Positions 33,101-49,900 of a DNA stretch of 64,000 nucleotides are shown piece by piece. A program made the position numbers and the translations under genes. The stretch's first letter is position 1. The number at the start of each line of letters is the position of its first letter. A model generated the notes under the pieces. The model was not told the DNA's origin and ran no database searches. It worked only from the letters and a program-made list of their open reading frames with translations. The stretch is taken from positions 74,648,001 through 74,712,000 of the forward strand of contig OZ024743.1 of NCBI GenBank assembly GCA_964016885.1, read 5' to 3'. The stretch is from Eledone cirrhosa. Its lineage: Eukaryota.

Positions 33101-36100
33101 GCCATAGACACCACAACACCTATCTGTGACCATAGACACCACAACACCTATCTGTGACCATAGACACCACAACACCTATCTGTGACCATAGATACCACAA
33201 CACCTATCTGTAGCCATAGACACCACAACACCTATCTGTGACCATAGACACCACAACACCTATATGTAGCCATAGACACCACAACACCTATCTGTGACCA
33301 TATACACCACAACACCTATCTGTAGCCATAGACACCACAACACCTATCTGTGACCATAGACACCACAACACCTATCTGTGACCATAGACACCACAACACC
33401 TATCTGTGACCATAGACACCACAACACCTATCTCTAGCCATAGACACCACAACACCTATCTGTGACCATAGACACCACAACACCTATCTGTGACCATAGA
33501 CACCACAACACCTATCTGTAGCCATAGACACCACAACACCTATCTGTAGCCATAGATACCACAACACCTATCTGTAGCCATAGACACCACAACACCTATC
33601 TGTAGCCATAGATACCACAACACCTATATGTAGCCATAGACACCACAACACCTATCTGTAGCCATAGACACCACAACACCTATCTGTAGCCATAGACACC
33701 ACAACACCTATCTGTAGCCATAGACACCACAACACCTATCTGTGACCATAGACACCACAACACCTATCTGTGACCATAGACACCACAACACCTATCTGTG
33801 ACTATAGACACCACAACACCTATATGTAGCCATAGACACCACAATACCTATCTGTAGCCATAGACACCACAACACCTACCTGTGACCATAGACACCACAA
33901 CACCTATCTGTAGCCATAGACACCACAACACCTATCTGTGACCATAGACACCACAACACCTATCTGTGACCATAGACACCACAACACCTATCTGTGACCA
34001 TAGACACCACAACACCTATATGTAGCCATAGACACCACAACACCTATCTGTAGCCATAGACACCACAACACCTATCTGTAGCCATAGACACCACAACACC
34101 TATCTGTAGCCATAGACACCACAACACCTATCTGTAGCCATAGATACCACAACACCTATCTGTAGCCATAGACACCACAACACCTATCTGTAGCCATAGA
34201 TACCACAACACCTATCTGTAGCCATAGACACCACAACACCTATCTGTAGCCATAGACACCACAACACCTATATGTAGCCATAGACACCACAACACCTATC
34301 TGTGACCATAGACACCACAACACCTATCTGTGACCATAGACACCACAACACCTATCTGTGACCATAGACACCACAACACCTATATGTAGCCATAGACACC
34401 ACAATACCAATCTGTAGCCATAGACACCACAACACCTATCTGTGACCATAGACACCACAACACCTATCTGTAGCCATAGACACCACAACACCTATCTGTG
34501 ACCATAGACACCACAACACCTATCTGTGACCATAGACACCACAACACCTATATGTAGCCATAGACACCACAACACCTATCTGTAGCCATAGACACCACAA
34601 CACGTATCTGTGACCATAGACACCACAACACCTATCTGTAGCCATAGACACCACAACACCTATCTGTGACCATAGACACCACAACACCTATCTGTAGCCA
34701 TAGACACCACAACACGTATCTGTAGCCATAGACACCACAACACCTATCTGTGACCATAGATACCACAACACCTGTCTGTAGCCATAGACACCACAACACC
34801 TATCTGTGACCATAGATACCACAACACCTGTCTGTAGCCATAGACACCACAACACCTATCTGTAGCCATAGACACCACAACACCTATCTGTAGCCATAGA
34901 CACCACAACACCTATATGTAGCCATAGACACCACAACACGTATCTGTGACCATAGACACCACAACACCTATCTGTGACCATAGACACCACAACACCTATC
35001 TGTAGCCATAGACACCACAACACCTATCTGTGACCATAGATACCACAACACCTATCTGTGACCATAGACACCACAACACATATCTGTAGCCATAGACACC
35101 ACAACACCTATCTGTGACCATAGATACCACAACACCTATCTGTGACCATAGACACCACAACACCTATCTGTAGCCATAGACACCACAACACCTATCTGTA
35201 GCCATAGACACCACAACACCTATCTGTAGCCATAGACACCACAACACCTATATGTAGCCATAGACACCACAACACCTATCTGTGACCATAGACACCACAA
35301 CACCAATTTGTGACCATAGACACCACAACACCTATCTGTGACCATAGACACCACAACACCTATCTGTAGCCATAGACACCACAACACCTATCTGTAGCCA
35401 TAGACACCACAACACCTATATGTAGCCATAGACACCACAACACGTATCTGTGACCATAGACACCACAACACCTATCTGTGAACATAGACACCACAACACC
35501 TATCTGTAGCCATAGACACCACAACACCTATATGTAGCCATAGACACCACAACACCTATCTGTGACCATAGACACCACAACACCTATCTGTGACCATAGA
35601 CACCACAACACCTATATGTAGCCATAGACACCACAACACCTATCTGTAGCCATAGACACCACAACACCTATCTGTAGCCATAGACACCACAACACCTATA
35701 TGTAGCCATAGACACCACAACACCTATCTGTAGCCATAGACACCACAACACCTATCTGTGACCATAGACACCACAACACCTATCTGTAGCCATAGACACC
35801 ACAACACCTATCTGTAGCCATAGACACCACAACACCTATATGTAGCCATAGACACCACAACACCTATCTGTGACCATAGACACCACAACACCTATTTGTG
35901 ACCATAGACACCACAACACCTATCTGTGACCATAGACACCACAACACCTATCTGTAGCCATAGACACCACAACACCTATCTGTAGCCATAGACACCACAA
36001 CACCTATATGTAGCCATAGACACCACAACACGTATCTGTGACCATAGACACCACAACACCTATCTGTGAACATAGACACCACAACACCTATCTGTAGCCA

Positions 36101-39100
36101 TAGACACCACAACACCTATATGTAGCCATAGACACCACAACACCTATCTGTGACCATAGACACCACAACACCTATCTGTGACCATAGACACCACAACACC
36201 TATATGTAGCCATAGACACCACAACACCTATCTGTAGCCATAGACACCACAACACCTATCTGTAGCCATAGACACCACAACACCTATATGTAGCCATAGA
36301 CACCACAACACCTATCTGTGCCCATAGACACCACAACACCTATTTGTGACCATAGACACCACAACACCTATCTGTGACCATAGACACCACAACACCTATC
36401 TGTGACCATAGATACCACAACACCTATCTGTAGCCATAGACACTACAACACCTATCTGCGACCATAGACACCACAACACCTATCTGTGACCATAGACACC
36501 ACAACACCTATCTGTAGCCATAGACACCACAACACCTATCTGTGACCATAGACACCACAACACCTATCTGTGACCATAGACACCACAACACCTATCTGTA
36601 GCCATAGACACCACAACACCTATCTGTGACCATAGACACCACAACACCTATCTGTGACCATAGACACCACAACACCTATCTGTGACCATAGATACCACAA
36701 CACCTATCTGTAGCCATAGACACCACAACACCTATCTGTGACCATAGACACCACAACACCTATATGTAGCCATAGACACCACAACACCTATCTGTGACCA
36801 TAGACACCACAACACATATCTGTAGCCATAGACACCACAACACCTATCTGTGACCATAGACACCACAACACCTATCTGTGACCATAGACACCACAACACC
36901 TATCTGTAGCCATAGACACCACAACACCTATCTGTGACCATAGACACCACAACACCTATCTGTGACCATAGACACCACAACACCTATCTGTAGCCATAGA
37001 CACCACAACACCTATCTGTAGCCATAGACACCACAACACCTATCTGTGACCATAGACACCACAACACCTATCTGTGACCATAGACACCACAACACCTATC
37101 TGTAGCCATAGACACCACAACACCTATCTGTAGCCATGGACACCACAACACCTATCTGTAGCCATAGACACCACAACACCTATATGTAGCCATAGACACC
37201 ACAATACCTATCTGTAGCCATAGACACCACAACACCTATATGTAGCCATAGACACCACAACACCTATCTGTAGCCATAGATACCACAACCCCTATATGTA
37301 GCCATAGACAACACAACACCTATCTGTAGCCATAGACGCCACAACACCTATCTGTGACCATAGACACCACAACACCTATCTGTAGCCATAGACACCACAA
37401 CACCTATCTGTAGCCATAGACACCACAACACCTATCTGTAGCCATAGACACCACAACACCTATCTGTGACCATAGACACCACAACACCTATCTGTGACCA
37501 TAGACACCACAACACCTATCTGTGACCATAGATACCACAACACCTATCTGTAGCCATAGACACCACAACACCTATCTGTGACCATAGACACCACAACACC
37601 TATATGTAGCCATAGACACCACAACACCTATCTGTGACCATATACACCACAACACCTATCTGTAGCCATAGACACCACAACACCTATCTGTGACCATAGA
37701 CACCACAACACCTATCTGTGACCATAGACACCACAACACCTATCTGTGACCATAGACACCACAACACCTATCTCTAGCCATAGACACCACAACACCTATC
37801 TGTGACCATAGACACCACAACACCTATCTGTGACCATAGACACCACAACACCTATCTGTAGCCATAGACACCACAACACCTATCTGTAGCCATAGATACC
37901 ACAACACCTATCTGTAGCCATAGACACCACAACACCTATCTGTAGCCATAGATACCACAACACCTATATGTAGCCATAGACACCACAACACCTATCTGTA
38001 GCCATAGACACCACAACACCTATCTGTAGCCATAGACACCACAACACCTATCTGTAGCCATAGACACCACAACACCTATCTGTGACCATAGACACCACAA
38101 CACCTATCTGTGACCATAGACACCACAACACCTATCTGTGACTATAGACACCACAACACCTATATGTAGCCATAGACACCACAATACCTATCTGTAGCCA
38201 TAGACACCACAACACCTACCTGTGACCATAGACACCACAACACCTATCTGTAGCCATAGACACCACAACACCTATCTGTGACCATAGACACCACAACACC
38301 TATCTGTGACCATAGACACCACAACACCTATCTGTGACCATAGACACCACAACACCTATATGTAGCCATAGACACCACAACACCTATCTGTAGCCATAGA
38401 CACCACAACACCTATCTGTAGCCATAGACACCACAACACCTATCTGTAGCCATAGACACCACAACACCTATCTGTAGCCATAGATACCACAACACCTATC
38501 TGTAGCCATAGACACCACAACACCTATCTGTAGCCATAGATACCACAACACCTATCTGTAGCCATAGACACCACAACACCTATCTGTAGCCATAGACACC
38601 ACAACACCTATATGTAGCCATAGACACCACAACACCTATCTGTGACCATAGACACCACAACACCTATCTGTGACCATAGACACCACAACACCTATCTGTG
38701 ACCATAGACACCACAACACCTATATGTAGCCATAGACACCACAATACCAATCTGTAGCCATAGACACCACAACACCTATCTGTGACCATAGACACCACAA
38801 CACCTATCTGTAGCCATAGACACCACAACACCTATCTGTGACCATAGACACCACAACACCTATCTGTGACCATAGACACCACAACACCTATATGTAGCCA
38901 TAGACACCACAACACCTATCTGTAGCCATAGACACCACAACACCTATCTGTGACCATAGACACCACAACACCTATCTATGACCATAGACACCACAACACC
39001 TATCTGTGACCATAGACACCACAACACCTATCTGTAGCCATAGACACCACAACACGTATCTGTGACCATAGACACCACAACACCTATCTGTAGCCATAGA

Positions 39101-39200
39101 CACCACAACACCTATCTGTGACCATAGACACCACAACACCTATCTGTAGCCATAGACACCACAACACGTATCTGTAGCCATAGACACCACAACACCTATC
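26000..39200. repeat. Higher-order repeat, about 4.3-4.45 kb (159 then 155 units), 3 copies; boundaries approximate
   Basis: Triplets with offsets 4452 and 4340: ctgcgac 27667/32119/36459, CCATGG 28342/32794/37134, gacgcc 28546/32998/37338, G11T (catatac) 28851/33303/37643. Confidence 0.92.
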
Positions 39201-42200
39201 TGTGACCATAGATACCACAACACCTGTCTGTAGCCATAGACACCACAACACCTATCTGTGACCATAGACACCACAATACCTATCTGTGACCATAGATACC
39301 ACAACACCTATCTGTAGCCATAGACACCACAACACCTATCTGTGACCATAGATACCACAACACCTGTCTGTAGCCATAGACACCACAACACCTATCTGTA
39401 GCCATAGACAACACAACACCTATCTGTAGCCATAGACACCACAACCCCTATATGTAGCCATAGATACCACAACACCTATCTGTGACCATAGACACCACAA
39501 CACCTATCTGTGACCATAGACACCACAACACCTATCTGTGACAATAGACACCACAACACCTATCTGTAGCCATAGACACCACAACACCTATCTGTAGCCA
39601 TAGACACCACAACACCTATCTGTGACCATAGACACCACAACACCTATCTGTGACCATAGACACCACAACACCTATCTCTAGCCATAGACACCACAACACC
39701 TATCTGTGACCATAGACACCACAACACCTATCTGTGACCATAGACACCACAACACCTATATGTAGCCATAGACACCACAATACCTATCTGTAGCCATAGA
39801 CACCACAACACCTATCTGTGACCATAGACACCACAACACCTATCTGTAGCCATAGACACCACAACACCTATCTGTGACCATAGACACCACAACACCTATC
39901 TGTGACCATAGACACCACAACACCTATATGTAGCCATAGACACCACAACACCTATCTGTAGCCATAGACACCACAACACCTATCTGTGACCATAGACACC
40001 ACAACACCTATCTGTGACCATAGACACCACAACACCTATCTGTAGCCATAGACACCACAACACCTATCTGTAGCCATAGATACCACAACACCTATCTGTA
40101 GCCATAGACACCACAACACCTATCTGTAGCCATAGATACCACAACACCTATATGTAGCCATAGACACCACAAAACCTATCTGTAGCCATAGACACCACAA
40201 CACCTATCTGTAGCCATAGACACCACAACACCTATCTGTAGCCATAGACACCACAACACCTATCTGTGACCATAGACACCACAACAACTATCTGTGACCA
40301 TAGACACCACAACACCTATCTGTGACAATAGACACCACAACACCTATATGTAGCCATAGACACCACAATACCTATCTGTAGCCATAGACACCACAACACC
40401 TACCTGTGACCATAGACACCACAACACCTATCTGTAGCCATAGACACCACAACACCTATCTGTGACCATAGACACCACAACACCTATCTGTGACCATAGA
40501 CACCACAACACCTATCTGTGACCATAGACACCACAACACCTATATGTAGCCATAGACACCACAACACCTATCTGTAGCCATAGACACCACAACACCTATC
40601 TGTAGCCATAGACACCACAACACCTATCTGTAGCCATAGACACCACAACACCTATCTGTAGCCATAGATACCACAACACCTATCTGTAGCCATAGACACC
40701 ACAACACCTATCTGTAGCCATAGATACCACAACACCTATCTGTAGCCATAGACACCACAACACCTATCTGTAGCCATAGACACCACAACACCTATATGTA
40801 GCCATAGACACCACAACACCTATCTGTGACCATAGACACCACAACACCTATCTGTGACCATAGACACCACAACACCTATCTGTGACCATAGACACCACAA
40901 CACCTATATGTAGCCATAGACACCACAATACCTATCTGCAGCCATAGACACCACAACACCTATCTGTGACCATAGACACCACAACACCTATCTGTAGCCA
41001 TAGACACCACAACACCTATCTGTGACCATAGACACCACAACACCTATCTGTGACCATAGACACCACAACACCTATATGTAGCCATAGACACCACAACACC
41101 TATCTGTAGCCATAGACACCACAACACCTATCTGTGACCATAGACACCACAACACCTATCTGTGACCATAGACACCACAACACCTATCTGTGACCATAGA
41201 CACCACAACACCTATCTGTAGCCATAGACACCACAACACGTATCTGTGACCATAGACACCACAACACCTATCTGTAGCCATAGACACCACAACACCTATC
41301 TGTGACCATAGACACCACAACACCTATCTGTAGCCATAGACACCACAACACGTATCTGTAGCCATAGACACCACAACACCTATCTGTGACCATAGATACC
41401 ACAACACCTGTCTGTAGCCATAGACACCACAACACCTATCTGTGACCATAGACACCACAATACCTATCTGTGACCATAGATACCACAACATCTATCTGTA
41501 GCCATAGACACCACAACACCTATCTGTGACCATAGATACCACAACACCTGTCTGTAGCCATAGACACCACAACACCTATCTGTAGCCATAGACAACACAA
41601 CACCTATCTGTAGCTATAGACACCACAACCCCTATATGTAGCCATAGATACCACAACACCTATCTGTGACCATAGACACCACAACACCTATCTGTGACCA
41701 TAGACACCACAACACCTATCTGTGACAATAGACACCACAACACCTATCTGTAGCCATAGACACCACAACACCTATCTGTAGCCATAGACACCACAACACC
41801 TATCTGTGACCATAGACACCACAACACCTATCTGTGACCATAGACACCACAACACCTATCTGTGACTATAGACACCACAACACCTATATGTAGCCATAGA
41901 CACCACAATACCTATCTGTAGCCATAGACACCACAACACCTACCTGTGACCATAGACACCACAACACCTATCTGTAGCCATAGACACCACAACACCTATC
42001 TGTGACCATAGACACCACAACACCTATCTGTGACCATAGACACCACAACACCTATCTGTGACCATAGACACCACAACACCTATATGTAGCCATAGACACC
42101 ACAACACCTATCTGTAGCCATAGACACCACAACACCTATCTGTAGCCATAGACACCACAACACCTATCTGTAGCCATAGACACCACAACACCTATCTGTA

Positions 42201-45200
42201 GCCATAGATACCACAACACCTATCTGTAGCCATAGACACCACAACACCTATCTGTAGCCATAGATACCACAACACCTATCTGTAGCCATAGACACCACAA
42301 CACCTATCTGTAGCCATAGACACCACAACACCTATATGTAGCCATAGACACCACAACACCTATCTGTGACCATAGACACCACAACACCTATCTGTGACCA
42401 TAGACACCACAACACCTATCTGTGACCATAGACACCACAACACCTATATGTAGCCATAGACACCACAATACCAATCTGTAGCCATAGACACCACAACACC
42501 TATCTGTGACCATAGACACCACAACACCTATCTGTAGCCATAGACACCACAACACCTATCTGTGACCATAGACACCACAACACCTATCTGTGACCATAGA
42601 CACCACAACACCTATATGTAGCCATAGACACCACAACACCTATCTGTAGCCATAGACACCACAACACCTATCTGTGACCATAGACACCACAACACCTATC
42701 TATGACCATAGACACCACAACACCTATCTGTGACCATAGACACCACAACACCTATCTGTAGCCATAGACACCACAACACGTATCTGTGACCATAGACACC
42801 ACAACACCTATCTGTAGCCATAGACACCACAACACCTATCTGTGACCATAGACACCACAACACCTATCTGTAGCCATAGACACCACAACACGTATCTGTA
42901 GCCATAGACACCACAACACCTATCTGTGACCATAGATACCACAACACCTGTCTGTAGCCATAGACACCACAACACCTATCTGTGACCATAGACACCACAA
43001 TACCTATCTGTGACCATAGATACCACAACACCTATCTGTAGCCATAGACACCACAACACCTATCTGTGACCATAGATACCACAACACCTGTCTGTAGCCA
43101 TAGACACCACAACACCTATCTGTAGCCATAGACAACACAACACCTATCTGTAGCCATAGACACCACAACCCCTATATGTAGCCATAGATACCACAACACC
43201 TATCTGTGACCATAGACACCACAACACCTATCTGTGACCATAGACACCACAACACCTATCTGTGACAATAGACACCACAACACCTATCTGTAGCCATAGA
43301 CACCACAACACCTATCTGTAGCCATAGACACCACAACACCTATCTGTGACCATAGACACCACAACACCTATCTGTGACCATAGACACCACAACACCTATC
43401 TCTAGCCATAGACACCACAACACCTATCTGTGACCATAGACACCACAACACCTATCTGTGACCATAGACACCACAACACCTATATGTAGCCATAGACACC
43501 ACAATACCTATCTGTAGCCATAGACACCACAACACCTATCTGTGACCATAGACACCACAACACCTATCTGTAGCCATAGACACCACAACACCTATCTGTG
43601 ACCATAGACACCACAACACCTATCTGTGACCATAGACACCACAACACCTATATGTAGCCATAGACACCACAACACCTATCTGTAGCCATAGACACCACAA
43701 CACCTATCTGTGACCATAGACACCACAACACCTATCTGTGACCATAGACACCACAACACCTATCTGTAGCCATAGACACCACAACACCTATCTGTAGCCA
43801 TAGATACCACAACACCTATCTGTAGCCATAGACACCACAACACCTATCTGTAGCCATAGATACCACAACACCTATATGTAGCCATAGACACCACAAAACC
43901 TATCTGTAGCCATAGACACCACAACACCTATCTGTAGCCATAGACACCACAACACCTATCTGTAGCCATAGACACCACAACACCTATCTGTGACCATAGA
44001 CACCACAACACCTATCTGTGACCATAGACACCACAACACCTATCTGTGACAATAGACACCACAACACCTATATGTAGCCATAGACACCACAATACCTATC
44101 TGTAGCCATAGACACCACAACACCTACCTGTGACCATAGACACCACAACACCTATCTGTAGCCATAGACACCACAACACCTATCTGTGACCATAGACACC
44201 ACAACACCTATCTGTGACCATAGACACCACAACACCTATCTGTGACCATAGACACCACAACACCTATATGTAGCCATAGACACCACAACACCTATCTGTA
44301 GCCATAGACACCACAACACCTATCTGTAGCCATAGACACCACAACACCTATCTGTAGCCATAGACACCACAACACCTATCTGTAGCCATAGATACCACAA
44401 CACCTATCTGTAGCCATAGACACCACAACACCTATCTGTAGCCATAGATACCACAACACCTATCTGTAGCCATAGACACCACAACACCTATCTGTAGCCA
44501 TAGACACCACAACACCTATATGTAGCCATAGACACCACAACACCTATCTGTGACCATAGACACCACAACACCTATCTGTGACCATAGACACCACAACACC
44601 TATCTGTGACCATAGACACCACAACACCTATATGTAGCCATAGACACCACAATACCTATCTGCAGCCATAGACACCACAACACCTATCTGTGACCATAGA
44701 CACCACAACACCTATCTGTAGCCATAGACACCACAACACCTATCTGTGACCATAGACACCACAACACCTATCTGTGACCATAGACACCACAACACCTATA
44801 TGTAGCCATAGACACCACAACACCTATCTGTAGCCATAGACACCACAACACCTATCTGTGACCATAGACACCACAACACCTATCTGTGACCATAGACACC
44901 ACAACACCTATCTGTGACCATAGACACCACAACACCTATCTGTAGCCATAGACACCACAACACGTATCTGTGACCATAGACACCACAACACCTATCTGTA
45001 GCCATAGACACCACAACACCTATCTGTGACCATAGACACCACAACACCTATCTGTAGCCATAGACACCACAACACGTATCTGTAGCCATAGACACCACAA
45101 CACCTATCTGTGACCATAGATACCACAACACCTGTCTGTAGCCATAGACACCACAACACCTATCTGTGACCATAGACACCACAATACCTATCTGTGACCA

Positions 45201-45600
45201 TAGATACCACAACATCTATCTGTAGCCATAGACACCACAACACCTATCTGTGACCATAGATACCACAACACCTGTCTGTAGCCATAGACACCACAACACC
45301 TATCTGTAGCCATAGACAACACAACACCTATCTGTAGCTATAGACACCACAACCCCTATATGTAGCCATAGATACCACAACACCTATCTGTGACCATAGA
45401 CACCACAACACCTATCTGTGACCATAGACACCACAACACCTATCTGTGACAATAGACACCACAACACCTATCTGTAGCCATAGACACCACAACACCTATC
45501 TGTAGCCATAGACACCACAACACCTATCTGTGACCATAGACACCACAACACCTATCTGTGACCATAGACACCACAACACCTATCTCTAGCCATAGACACC
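38100..45600. repeat. Higher-order duplication, about 3.72 kb (133 units), 2 copies; boundaries approximate
   Basis: Offset 3724: tctatga 38978/42702, caaaacc 40173/43897, CTGCAG 40936/44660, gctata 41615/45339. Confidence 0.92.
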
Positions 45601-46999
45601 ACAACACCTATCTGTGACCATAGACACCACAACACCTATCTGTGACCATAGACACCACAACACCTATATGTAGCCATAGACACCACAATACCTATCTGTA
45701 GCCATAGACACCACAACACCTATCTGTGACCATAGACACCACAACACCTATCTGTAGCCATAGACACCACAACACCTATCTGTGACCATAGACACCACAA
45801 CACCTATCTGTGACCATAGACACCACAACACCTATATGTAGCCATAGACACCACAACACCTATCTGTAGCCATAGACACCACAACACCTATCTGTGACCA
45901 TAGACACCACAACACCTATCTGTGACCATAGACACCACAACACCTATCTGTGACCATAGACACCACAACACCTATCTGTAGCCATAGACACCACAACACG
46001 TATCTGTGACCATAGACACCACAACACCTATCTGTAGCCATAGACACCACAACACCTATCTGTGACCATAGACACCACAACACCTATCTGTAGCCATAGA
46101 CACCACAACACGTATCTGTAGCCATAGACACCACAACACCTATCTGTGACCATAGATACCACAACACCTGTCTGTAGCCATAGACACCACAACACCTATC
46201 TGTGACCATAGACACCACAATACCTATCTGTGACCATAGATACCACAACACCTATCTGTAGCCATAGACACCACAACACCTATCTGTGACCATAGATACC
46301 ACAACACCTGTCTGTAGCCATAGACACCACAACACCTATCTGTAGCCATAGACACCACAACACCTATCTGTAGCCATAGACACCACAACCCCTATATGTA
46401 GCCATAGATACCACAACACCTATCTGTGACCATAGACACCACAACACCTATCTGTGACCATAGACACCACAACACCTATCTGTGACAATAGACACCACAA
46501 CACCTATCTGTAGCCATAGACACCACAACACCTATCTGTAGCCATAGACACCACAACACCTATCTGTGACCATAGACACCACAACACCTATCTGTGACCA
46601 TAGACACCACAACACCTATCTCTAGCCATAGACACCACAAAACCTATCTGTGACCATAGACACCACAACACCTATCTGTGACCATAGACACCACAACACC
46701 TATCTGTAGCCATAGACACCACAACACCTATCTGTAGCCATAGATACCACAACACCTATCTGTAGCCATAGACACCACAACACCTATCTGTAGCCATAGA
46801 TACCACAACACCTATATGTAGCCATAGACACCACAACACCTATCTGTAGCCATAGACACCACAACACCTATCTGTAGCCATAGACACCACAACACCTATC
46901 TGTAGCCATAGACACCACAACACCTATCTGTGACCATAGACACCACAACACCTATCTGTGACCATAGACACCACAACACCTATCTGTGACAATAGACAC

Positions 47000-49900
47000 C
47001 ACAACACCTATCTGTAGCCATAGACACCACAACACCTATCTGTAGCCATAGACACCACAACACCTATCTGTGACCATAGACACCACAACACCTATCTGTG
47101 ACCATAGACACCACAACACCTATCTGTGACCATAGATACCACAACACCTATCTGTAGCCATAGACACCACAACACCTATCTGTGACCATAGACACCACAA
47201 CACCTATATGTAGCCATAGACACCACAACACCTATCTGTGACCATAGACACCACAACACCTATCTGTAGCCATAGACACCACAACACCTATCTGTGACCA
47301 TAGACACCACAACACCTATCTGTGACCATAGACACCACAACACCTATCTGTGACCATAGACACCACAACACCTATCTCTAGCCATAGACACCACAACACC
47401 TATCTGTGACCATAGACACCACAACACCTATCTGTGACCATAGACACCACAACACCTATCTGTAGCCATAGACACCACAACACCTATCTGTAGCCATAGA
47501 TACCACAACACCTATCTGTAGCCATAGACACCACAACACCTATCTGTAGCCATAGATACCACAACACCTATATGTAGCCATAGACACCACAACACCTATC
47601 TGTAGCCATAGACACCACAACACCTATCTGTGACCATAGATACCACAACACCTGTCTGTAGCCATAGACACCACAACACCTATCTGTAGCCATAGACAAC
47701 ACAACACCTATCTGTAGCCATAGACACCACAACCCCTATATGTAGCCATAGATACCACAACACCTATCTGTGACCATAGACACCACAACACCTATCTGTG
47801 ACCATAGACACCACAACACCTATCTGTGACAATAGACACCACAACACCTATCTGTAGCCATAGACACCACAACACCTATCTGTAGCCATAGACACCACAA
47901 CACCTATCTGTGACCATAGACACCACAACACCTATCTGTGACCATAGACACCACAACACCTATCTCTAGCCATAGACACCACAACACCTATCTGTGACCA
48001 TAGACACCACAACACCTATCTGTGACCATAGACACCACAACACCTATATGTAGCCATAGACACCACAATACCTATCTGTAGCCATAGACACCACAACACC
48101 TATCTGTGACCATAGACACCACAACACCTATCTGTAGCCATAGACACCACAACACCTATCTGTGACCATAGACACCACAACACCTATCTGTGACCATAGA
48201 CACCACAACACCTATATGTAGCCATAGACACCACAACACCTATCTGTAGCCATAGACACCACAACACCTATCTGTGACCATAGACACCACAACACCTATC
48301 TGTGACCATAGACACCACAACACCTATCTGTAGCCATAGACACCACAACACCTATCTGTAGCCATAGATACCACAACACCTATCTGTAGCCATAGACACC
48401 ACAACACCTATCTGTAGCCATAGATACCACAACACCTATATGTAGCCATAGACACCACAACACCTATCTGTAGCCATAGACACCACAACACCTATCTGTA
48501 GCCATAGACACCACAACACCTATCTGTAGCCATAGACACCACAACACCTATCTGTGACCATAGACACCACAACACCTATCTGTGACCATAGACACCACAA
48601 CACCTATCTGTGACAATAGACACCACAACACCTATATGAAGCCATAGACACCACAATACCTATCTGTAGCCATAGAGACCACAACACCTACCTGTGACCA
48701 TAGACACCACAACACCTATCTGTAGCCATAGACACCACAACACCTATCTGTGACCATAGACACCACAACACCTATCTGTGACCATAGACACCACAACACC
48801 TATATGTAGCCATAGACACCACAACACCTATCTGTAGCCATAGACACCACAACACCTATCTGTAGCCATAGACACCACAACACCTATCTGTAGCCATAGA
48901 CACCACAACACCTATCTGTAGCCATAGATACCACAACACCTATCTGTAGCCATAGACACCACAACACCTATCTGTAGCCATAGATACCACAACACCTATC
49001 TGTAGCCATAGACACCACAACACCTATCTGTAGCCATAGACACCACAACACCTATATGTAGCCATAGACACCACAACACCTATCTGTGACCATAGACACC
49101 ACAACACCTATCTGTAGCCATAGACACCACAACACGTATCTGTAGCCATAGACACCACAACACCTATCTGTGACCATAGATACCACAACACCTGTCTGTA
49201 GCCATAGACACCACAACACCTATCTGTGACCATAGACACCACAATACCTATCTGTGACCATAGATACCACAACACCTATCTGTAGCCATAGACACCACAA
49301 CACCTATCTGTGACCATAGATACCACAACACCTGTCTGTAGCCATAGACACCACAACACCTATCTGTAGCCATAGACACCACAACACCTATCTGTAGCCA
49401 TAGACACCACAACCCCTATATGTAGCCATAGATACCACAACACCTATCTGTGACCATAGACACCACAACACCTATCTGTGACCATAGACACCACAACACC
49501 TATCTGTGACAATAGACACCACAACACCTATCTGTAGCCATAGACACCACAACACCTATCTGTAGCCATAGACACCACAACACCTATCTGTGACCATAGA
49601 CACCACAACACCTATCTGTGACCATAGACACCACAACACCTATCTCTAGCCATAGACACCACAAAACCTATCTGTGACCATAGACACCACAACACCTATC
49701 TGTGACCATAGACACCACAACACCTATCTGTAGCCATAGACACCACAACACCTATCTGTAGCCATAGATACCACAACACCTATCTGTAGCCATAGACACC
49801 ACAACACCTATCTGTAGCCATAGATACCACAACACCTATATGTAGCCATAGACACCACAACACCTATCTGTAGCCATAGACACCACAACACCTATCTGTA

